Virus record (IMG/VR): IMGVR_UViG_3300027797_000016
Coordinates: 32,001-96,000 of that record
Source of the DNA: a virus
DNA: 64,000 nt
Reading direction: 5' to 3' (one strand)
Shown here: in pieces, positions 57,062-64,000 of the stretch
How the letters are laid out: the number at the start of each line of letters is the position of its first letter
How positions within the stretch are numbered: position 1 is the stretch's first letter
The notes under the pieces: model-generated
Database searches by the model: none
The model's input: the letters and a program-made list of their open reading frames with translations, nothing else
Told to the model about the DNA's origin: nothing
Translations under genes and position numbers: made by a program

Positions 57062-57901
57062 TTATGTGTTTATATTATACTCACTATTATCTCCTGGATA
57101 GTCATTTGGTGTCAAGCCTTGATACTCGGCAATTAAATCTTCACCATCAGTTCTTGTTCCATAAACATGGTAAAAACAATCAATTGGCATTCCACCTTTT
57201 GCTTGTAGATAAATTTTCTTTTCATCCCATCTTTTTATAATTACATCCTGATGAGCACCAATAGGAGTTAAATTAATTGTAATTGATTGAATATCAACTA
57301 AATCTTTCCAATACAACGGCAATTCAATTTCAGTTTTATTTTTAACTCTTCCACGAACATAAACATCATTACTAGGACCTTCTGGACAAGTATGTCTTAG
57401 TCTCCAACCTTCTTTTGTTGGGTGAGGAATATCAAAGTTTTTCTTTGCTGATAACACATGAGCGCCTCCATTTGAAGTTACCCTTCCCCCCGCCGAAATA
57501 TTTCCTTCTACTTCTAATCCTCCCTTTGCTATTTCCTGGGGTCCTTCAACTAAAAGAGCGACATACTCTGGAAATCCTTCAATTTTTACCGTACCTTGAA
57601 CCAATAGAGTTCTGGCTTTGGATTCTGCGCTACCCTCCTCTCGTCCATCAATAACTACATCCCCCAGTACATAAAGAGATTTCTCCGGACTTTCGCAATC
57701 CACATTTGCAGTTTTTGCAATCATCAAAGTTCCTAGTCTCTCTGGGAAAGCACCAGATCTTCCTATTTGTGCTGGACCCTCAATAAATGCAGAACCTCTT
57801 ATTTTTTTATTCTCACCAACACCCAATCCAAGTGCAATGGGTTGTCCTGCACCAATCATTACTTGTCCACCGAAAGCCGCATCATCTAATAAAAATGACA
57901 T
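57062..57901 (-). CDS. baseplate/tail spike-associated structural protein
   Basis: KNFDIPHPTKEGWRLRHTCPEGP C-domain; in gp5 cluster. Confidence 0.65.
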   Translation of the reverse strand: MSFLLDDAAFGGQVMIGAGQPIALGLGVGENKKIRGSAFIEGPAQIGRSGAFPERLGTLMIAKTANVDCESPEKSLYVLGDVVIDGREEGSAESKARTLLVQGTVKIEGFPEYVALLVEGPQEIAKGGLEVEGNISAGGRVTSNGGAHVLSAKKNFDIPHPTKEGWRLRHTCPEGPSNDVYVRGRVKNKTEIELPLYWKDLVDIQSITINLTPIGAHQDVIIKRWDEKKIYLQAKGGMPIDCFYHVYGTRTDGEDLIAEYQGLTPNDYPGDNSEYNINT

Positions 57902-57913
57902 AATTTTTCTCCT

Positions 57914-58531
57914 TTACTTTGGTTGTTGTTTTCTTTGGAAGGATTGACCACCGACTTTTGAATCTACATTTGCACATCCATCACTTACTCCACGAATAAT
58001 TGATGAATAAATTGTCATACAACTATTTGCAACGATTTCTGCTTTACCAGGACTTGCAATTTTATACATTAACTTTGCATTAATAAGAACCTTATTATCA
58101 GCATCAAGTTTTATGTTTTCATTTGCTTCCAATCTAATATTACCTTTAGTTCCACCTTCTCCTATTGCAATAAGTTCTATATCAGTACCTTGCAATCTTA
58201 TCTTACCATTGGATGCAATAATGTCAATATTTCCATTAACCGCATTAATGAATAGAGTATCTTCTGCTTCTACTCTATCTTCTCCCGATTGAATTGCAAT
58301 TCTTCCTGGAGCAGTAATTTGAGTGGATCCTGTTCTTACACCATCCTTATCCAAAACAATAGAGTGCCTTCCATCTGATGCTTGAAGTAATATATCCGAA
58401 GTAACTGCCCCATCAGCAGAAACGTGTCCAAAAGAAATTGAACCGTGATCATTTCCTTGGCGGATTGCTGTATAATTCTTTTTAGCAGTAGGTGTATTTC
58501 TATTCTTATTTCTATTCTGAGGGGTTGCCAT
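57914..58531 (-). CDS. gp5 C-terminal-like beta-helix protein
   Basis: periodic INAxNGNIxIxAxNGKIRL repeats. Confidence 0.6.
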   Translation of the reverse strand: MATPQNRNKNRNTPTAKKNYTAIRQGNDHGSISFGHVSADGAVTSDILLQASDGRHSIVLDKDGVRTGSTQITAPGRIAIQSGEDRVEAEDTLFINAVNGNIDIIASNGKIRLQGTDIELIAIGEGGTKGNIRLEANENIKLDADNKVLINAKLMYKIASPGKAEIVANSCMTIYSSIIRGVSDGCANVDSKVGGQSFQRKQQPK

Positions 58532-58542
58532 ATGATTAATTA

Positions 58543-61281
58543 TTAAGGTGTGAACATTTCGATTGTTGGATATTCTGTAAATCCAAATCCAGGATCAATA
58601 ACAGCAACTTTAATCACTCTTCCAAAAGATCCAAAAACTGGTTCAAGAACAGCACCATTACTTGGAGTAATTCTAATTTTATCAGTAACATTATAATTGA
58701 TTCCTGGATTTGTCACAATAACACTTTTTAATCTTAAAGCTACTGGATAAGTTGGATCTTTAACTGGTTCTTGAACAAAAGGAACTGAAGGTGGGAAATA
58801 ATCTCCAGCACCAATAATACTACGACTACTTAACGTTGACCGAACTGTTCCTGGAATATTTAGTAGAGGGTCATTACTTGTTATATCAGTACCTTGTCTT
58901 AAGATAGCAGATGGTAGAGTAGTAACTTGCGCAATAATACTTTCTCTTAAAGTATCATATACTTGAATTGGTTCTCCTACAGTTTCATAATAACCAGCAT
59001 AACGAATACCATTATCATAATAAACAGCACCATAATAAGCCCTTCCATTTACATATCCAGTTTGTTTTAATCCAACAAGATCAGTGACTTGTAAAAGTTT
59101 TGATCCATCTATTACAATTGGATCTCTTACAACTTCAAATTGTGGTATAAATGTTGCATTAATTCCTGTTGGTGTAGGAGTTCCTGGTGGAGTTCCTGGT
59201 GGAGTTCCTGGTGGGGTTCCTGGTGGAGTTCCCGGTGGAGTTCCCGGTGGGGTTCCCGGTGGAGTTCCCGGTGGAGTTCCCGGTGGAGTTCCCGGTGGAG
59301 TTCCTGGTGGAGTTCCTGGTGGAGTTCCTGGTGGGGTTCCCGGTGGGGTTCCTGGTGGGGTTCCCGGTGGAGTTCCCGGTGGAGTTCCCGGTGGAGTTCC
59401 TGGTGGAGTTCCTGGTGGAGTTCCTGGTGGGGTTCCTGGTGGAGTTCCCGGTGGAGTTCCTGGTGGAGTTCCTGGTGGAGTTCCCGGTGGAGTTCCCGGT
59501 GGGGTTCCTGGTGGAGTTCCTGGTGGAGTTCCTGGTGGGGTTCCCGGTGGGGTTCCCGGTGGGGTTCCTGGTGGGGTTCCCGGTGGAGTTCCCGGTGGAG
59601 TTCCTGGTGGAGTTCCTGGTGGAGTTCCTGGTGGAGTTCCTGGTGGAGTTCCTGGTGGGGTTCCCGGTGGGGTTCCTGGTGGAGTTCCTGGTGGAGTTCC
59701 TGGTGGAGTTCCTGGTGGAGTTCCTGGTGGAGTTCCTGGTGGAGTTCCTGGTGGAGTTGGTGTAGGAGTACCAGGAGTTGGAGGTGTTGGAGGTGTTGGT
59801 GTAGGAGTACCAGGAGTTGGAGGTGTTGGAGGTGTTGGAGTTGGAGTTAGTGAAGTTGGTGTAGGATAACCCAGACCAGGATCTATTACTTCTATTTGCG
59901 TTACAAGTCCTCGTATTTCTTTTTCTGGTCTTGGTGGAATTGGTAGTTTTGGTGTATCTATATCCACAGAGAACGCAAGGATTCTCATATCATTAAAATC
60001 ATTTCTAGTTATGTTTGCATCAGCAAATATAACATTAGATTTTTCGCCGGGAGTTTGCTTTAACTTATTAGGACCATCTTCATGTAACTTTGTGAAGTCA
60101 TGTTTTCCTTTTTCTAGGGTTCCTACTTGGATTCCACCCCCTCCACTGCCACGTGGCCGGCCGACTCTGTTTCCATCAATATCTCTATCCACAAAGGCTC
60201 CCCCTTCCCCCTTTACTGTGCCACCATCTGATGATGCTACTACTCTATAGTCAACATTTGGTTTTACCATTCTACGCTCAACCATACTTCTCCTTAGACC
60301 ACCAGGTCCGCCCTTACGATCTTCTCTTATGCTAAATTCATGTCGTGGGCCGGGGTTTTTTCTAGGATTCTGCTCTGTAAATGTAAATCTATAACCCGTT
60401 CCAATATCTCCTGCACCTGTTACCCTCCAAGTTACCTCTAAAAGATCTCCGGGTTTATAACCTTTTATTCTTGCAAGAGTCTCTGGAGAAACTTTTAGTC
60501 TATATGTGAGACTATATGTTGTTCTGCCTCCGAATGGTGTTGGACGAGGACTTGAAGGTGTAAATACGCCTGCCTCAAACGGACCTTGACGACCTGTACC
60601 TTGACCAAGACCTTTACCAGGACCTGAAGATGCCTTACCATCAAATAGTACGGATGGTAATGTGGACGCACTGAAGTAAGATTTTGGATCCCAAGGGCCC
60701 ATATCTTCTCCATCTAGACCCCAATTTCTCCCATAACCAACTTCATTTTCGGGGCAAAGTTTTTCTGGCGGCGCATCTCGTTTTTCTTTTTCTTGCTTAA
60801 CAGGAGGATCGTCAAGAATAGCTCTGAGTACAGCACCACTTCCAATTGATGCATTATCTCTTGCAGAAACGAGTGGTGGATACTGATATCCATTGCCACG
60901 ACGAACAATATCTACAGCCATAATAGCACCATCTGTACCTATGACTGCATTAGCCGCAGCACCAATTCCACCTCCACCAAAAATTTGAATGGTTGGAGGT
61001 TTACATAGTGTATTTGAACTAGTAATTCCTACGCATGGGTCACCTTTTTTTGTTAACTCTTTTGTTCCTGACTTTTCAATTAAGTCTCTAACCTGCTTAA
61101 TATTCAAATATTTAAGTACTTGCTTTCCACTTCTAAAGATAAAAATAGTTCCTGGGTTTTTCTTGTCATATTCTTTTGCCTCACAGAATGTTACATTCCT
61201 AACCAATCCCAAAATAGGATCAATATAAGCAAATCTAAAATCATCTTCTATTGCTTCACCAAATAAAATTAATTTTGACAT
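58543..61281 (-). CDS. baseplate-associated protein with long Pro/Gly/Thr linker
   Basis: GxGYxxPP and VIDPGxGY motifs flanking (PPGT)n. Confidence 0.7.
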   Translation of the reverse strand: MSKLILFGEAIEDDFRFAYIDPILGLVRNVTFCEAKEYDKKNPGTIFIFRSGKQVLKYLNIKQVRDLIEKSGTKELTKKGDPCVGITSSNTLCKPPTIQIFGGGGIGAAANAVIGTDGAIMAVDIVRRGNGYQYPPLVSARDNASIGSGAVLRAILDDPPVKQEKEKRDAPPEKLCPENEVGYGRNWGLDGEDMGPWDPKSYFSASTLPSVLFDGKASSGPGKGLGQGTGRQGPFEAGVFTPSSPRPTPFGGRTTYSLTYRLKVSPETLARIKGYKPGDLLEVTWRVTGAGDIGTGYRFTFTEQNPRKNPGPRHEFSIREDRKGGPGGLRRSMVERRMVKPNVDYRVVASSDGGTVKGEGGAFVDRDIDGNRVGRPRGSGGGGIQVGTLEKGKHDFTKLHEDGPNKLKQTPGEKSNVIFADANITRNDFNDMRILAFSVDIDTPKLPIPPRPEKEIRGLVTQIEVIDPGLGYPTPTSLTPTPTPPTPPTPGTPTPTPPTPPTPGTPTPTPPGTPPGTPPGTPPGTPPGTPPGTPPGTPPGTPPGTPPGTPPGTPPGTPPGTPPGTPPGTPPGTPPGTPPGTPPGTPPGTPPGTPPGTPPGTPPGTPPGTPPGTPPGTPPGTPPGTPPGTPPGTPPGTPPGTPPGTPPGTPPGTPPGTPPGTPPGTPPGTPPGTPPGTPPGTPPGTPPGTPPGTPPGTPPGTPTPTGINATFIPQFEVVRDPIVIDGSKLLQVTDLVGLKQTGYVNGRAYYGAVYYDNGIRYAGYYETVGEPIQVYDTLRESIIAQVTTLPSAILRQGTDITSNDPLLNIPGTVRSTLSSRSIIGAGDYFPPSVPFVQEPVKDPTYPVALRLKSVIVTNPGINYNVTDKIRITPSNGAVLEPVFGSFGRVIKVAVIDPGFGFTEYPTIEMFTP
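59177..59752. repeat. 48 x 12-bp tandem repeat GG(A/G)GTTCC(T/C)GGT
   Basis: 576 bp; only two variable positions. Confidence 0.95.
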
Positions 61282-61290
61282 ATCTAAGTT

Positions 61291-63105
61291 TTATTTTTCC
61301 TGTGTAAAACGGTTATCAAGTAAAGATTGTGGGAAGAATTGACCTGTCCCATACTCTTGTACTGGAGGACGTAAATTTGGTGTATCTTTTGATGGCTTTC
61401 CAAAATCAATTGTCGGTTCACGAAACACTGAAATACGAGGGAGACCTGCTGCTGCATCGGAAGCTGCCAAAGCAACCTCTGCAGGTCTTGGTAATTGTGC
61501 TTCTTCCGCAGCTCCAGCACCTTCTTGTAAGGTATAAAAATCTGATATAGGGCAATTTGGTTTTAAATCACACCCAAAAATATCCATAGAAATATTTTCA
61601 AAAGAAAATGCTGATACAATAGTTGCAGTAATATCAGGTATATCTATATCACCAAGTTTCTCAACGAAAGAACCCAATAAATTTTGAATCTGATCAACAT
61701 CTAATATTTCATCCCCTCTATCCTCAAGAGTTTCCTCTTTTGGACCTTGATTAAAAAGTTGTTCTGCAGCCTCGATTTGACCCAATTGAACATCACTTAA
61801 AAAATTACCAATAGATCTAGTTATTTTTATAACAGTTCCATTCACAATTCCTTTATTTTTTTCAATTATAGATCCTGTTAGATCTTCAACAAAACAAATT
61901 GGCACGAAAGGTGTGGTGCCTCCTTCTGGAAATGGTTTTTCTTTGGTTGGAGGATTTGTAGGACCTTGTGATGGTTGTGATTGTGGTGTATCTTCATTAT
62001 CACCCAATAGCAAATTTTTTAAAGTACCTTCTATTTGTTTAGGCAAATTTTCTGTAATCTTAATGAAAAGACATTTAATTTCTTCAGTAATTTCTATTTT
62101 AATATCAAAAAATTGAAATCTTTGATTTGGATACATTATATCGGCTAAAGGACTAAGTGCGTTATTGATTTTCTTTGTAATGAATTCTAAAATTTTATTA
62201 AAGACAATCTTCATATATTTTGCAATTTTAGGTACAAATTTTTTAACTAATTTTTCTATTTGTTGAGCATCAGTACCAAGATCAGTCCCGATTGCTCCAA
62301 TTTGAGAGACTGCATCGACATAAGATGTTGCCGATTGCAAAATCTTTTCAATTTCTTTAGTTAAAGTATCAATATCAGTTTGCATTGCTTTCATTGCAGA
62401 ACCAGGAAGATCACAAGGACTTAACATTACAGTCTTTTTAAGATATAAATCTAGTCTTTTTGTATCAGCATTACTCTGCAAATGAACTGCATCAACATTT
62501 TCTATAGTTGCTCCTGGTACTGCAACTTCTAAATCTAAATCTTGAAGTTGTTCAGAAGTAGGAACTGGTGTTGATAATGATGTTGGTTTCTTAATTACAA
62601 GTCCTTCGTCAGGTGCTTTAATATTTGGATCCTTACTTCCAATAGTAGATTCGGCATACCCACTTGTCGCAAGACTTCCTGGTGTTGTATTAGTTACCCT
62701 ACTATCACCAATTTTTGTCGCAAGAGAAGTTTGTGCATTATTACCAAGCACCCCCATAATCACAGGAACTTGTTGATCCTGACCATCTAGGAAGAAACCA
62801 AACACCATATTTCCTTGTCGGAGATTTGCTGTTCCACCCGACTTTGCTTGACCACCACCACCAGTCACAGGATACATTACCTGTGCCCAAGGAAGTTCCT
62901 CTGATTTTATTTCATTTTCTCCTTGATCGTGAAGACCTATAATACGAACCTTATATCTTCTACCCCATCCAGGAACTTCATCCGCACTTTCAAACTTTCC
63001 TGGCAGTATATTGTCTCTCCAAGTGGAGTCATCGGCAATTTGTCCAATCCACCAGTTAAAACTTGCACCAAGAAAACCTGAATTAAATAAAGATCCTTCA
63101 CTCAT
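61291..63105 (-). CDS. baseplate hub gp5-like protein (N-terminal OB fold)
   Basis: WWIGQI...RYKVRIIGLH...LPWAQV...VFGFFLDG...PVIMGVL. Confidence 0.85.
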   Translation of the reverse strand: MSEGSLFNSGFLGASFNWWIGQIADDSTWRDNILPGKFESADEVPGWGRRYKVRIIGLHDQGENEIKSEELPWAQVMYPVTGGGGQAKSGGTANLRQGNMVFGFFLDGQDQQVPVIMGVLGNNAQTSLATKIGDSRVTNTTPGSLATSGYAESTIGSKDPNIKAPDEGLVIKKPTSLSTPVPTSEQLQDLDLEVAVPGATIENVDAVHLQSNADTKRLDLYLKKTVMLSPCDLPGSAMKAMQTDIDTLTKEIEKILQSATSYVDAVSQIGAIGTDLGTDAQQIEKLVKKFVPKIAKYMKIVFNKILEFITKKINNALSPLADIMYPNQRFQFFDIKIEITEEIKCLFIKITENLPKQIEGTLKNLLLGDNEDTPQSQPSQGPTNPPTKEKPFPEGGTTPFVPICFVEDLTGSIIEKNKGIVNGTVIKITRSIGNFLSDVQLGQIEAAEQLFNQGPKEETLEDRGDEILDVDQIQNLLGSFVEKLGDIDIPDITATIVSAFSFENISMDIFGCDLKPNCPISDFYTLQEGAGAAEEAQLPRPAEVALAASDAAAGLPRISVFREPTIDFGKPSKDTPNLRPPVQEYGTGQFFPQSLLDNRFTQEK

Positions 63106-63140
63106 TATTTTTTATACTTTCCATATTAATAATAATCTAT

Positions 63141-63998
63141 TTATAATGGTTTTGGAGACCCCATTCTTCCTGTGGAGTCTCTACATAAAGTTAATTTGGT
63201 ATAACCACCAGAACGTAAACTGATATAATGACATAACTTTGCAATTACATAAAACCCTCCAAATTGTTTGTCCATAATTTTTGTATCTTTTGTAGAAGTT
63301 TCTGGGGCATCAACAAAAATATAATCGCCTGCGTGTAAACTAAAATCTCCTGTGATTGTAATTTCAACTTTTGTTGAGAAGAATTGATTATATCTCATTA
63401 CAGATTGATTGAGAATATTTTTGGGATCAAAGTTTTTTGTTGTAGAATTATCAATTTGTTGTTGAGTATTTCCGTCTGGTAATGTTCCCGTATCAATTAG
63501 CATATATTGAGTTCTTGAGTAGTCTTGATTAGCACCCTCTTGATTAAATTCTTTGTTATATTTTGGTAGGTTTTTTCCTGCTTTTTGAAGTTTACTTTCT
63601 GCACCTTTTCCCCCTCCCAAAACATTTGGTGTTATAACTTCATAGTAACAATTAAAAGGATCAAACATAATTGTTCTTGTTGAATATGTTCCAATTTGAA
63701 GTTTTGATTGGACACTTCCACTAGGAGTCACAACATTATATTCTAATATTTTTCCTCCATATTCGGGAGGAACACTTGAACCTCTTCCATCAGGAGTTTC
63801 ATTATAAACTAAACTCTTATACTTTTTTGGACCACCACCAGGTTCATTTTTTGAAAGTAACCCCTCCACAGATTTAAATTTATATCCATCAGAAGTTTCA
63901 TAAAAAAAGAAACCTGCAGTATTACCTAAAGCATTTGAACCATTAGGGCCTGAAATTTGAGGTACTGCTTTTCTTGCAAGTTGTAAAATAGTAGCAAA
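63141..63998 (-). CDS. baseplate hub/tail protein (gp27-like), 5' end beyond window
   Basis: frame open to window edge with GFFFYETSDGYKFKS; ITITGDFSLHAGD...GxYVIxxLCH. Confidence 0.7.
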   Translation of the reverse strand, partial: FATILQLARKAVPQISGPNGSNALGNTAGFFFYETSDGYKFKSVEGLLSKNEPGGGPKKYKSLVYNETPDGRGSSVPPEYGGKILEYNVVTPSGSVQSKLQIGTYSTRTIMFDPFNCYYEVITPNVLGGGKGAESKLQKAGKNLPKYNKEFNQEGANQDYSRTQYMLIDTGTLPDGNTQQQIDNSTTKNFDPKNILNQSVMRYNQFFSTKVEITITGDFSLHAGDYIFVDAPETSTKDTKIMDKQFGGFYVIAKLCHYISLRSGGYTKLTLCRDSTGRMGSPKPL

Positions 63999-64000
63999 TG

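Noticed and set aside
59084-59869. Plus-strand ORFs (VPGG, WWSS, VEFL repeats)
   Set aside because: A stop-free 12-bp repeat is open in all frames; the minus-strand PPGT frame is the one continuous with a long gene in the operon

Overview
AT-rich segment of a T4-like (Kyanoviridae-type) cyanomyophage genome; every credible gene is on the minus strand. In transcription order, right to left: baseplate hub and gp5 module, including a protein with a 48 x 12-bp PPGT tandem repeat; a 2OG-Fe(II) oxygenase; tRNA-Leu(UAA) split by an ORF-less group I intron next to a free-standing HNH endonuclease; tRNA-Thr(UGU); a Mom-like DNA-modification gene between two homing-endonuclease-like genes (HEGs); about 26 kb of tail-fibre/virion structural genes with shared modules; then about 25 kb of small, translationally coupled early ORFs punctuated by a repeated sigma70-promoter/stem-loop element. 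The most unusual signal is a cassette upstream of four, probably five, free-standing endonuclease genes: late promoter, short segment antisense to the nuclease leader, intrinsic terminator, second late promoter, leader, ATG, with compensatory changes between copies. It looks like a dedicated small-RNA repressor that travels with the nucleases. Other highlights are the intron/HNH pair (candidate collaborative homing), standardised gene junctions and chimeric paralogues in the early region, and three constant/variable mosaic structural paralogues. All product calls are from motif recognition by eye; no database searches were run. Some starts were moved from the ORF track to ATGs that overlap the upstream stop or follow a promoter element. 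A few early-region ORFs shorter than 60 aa are not listed.
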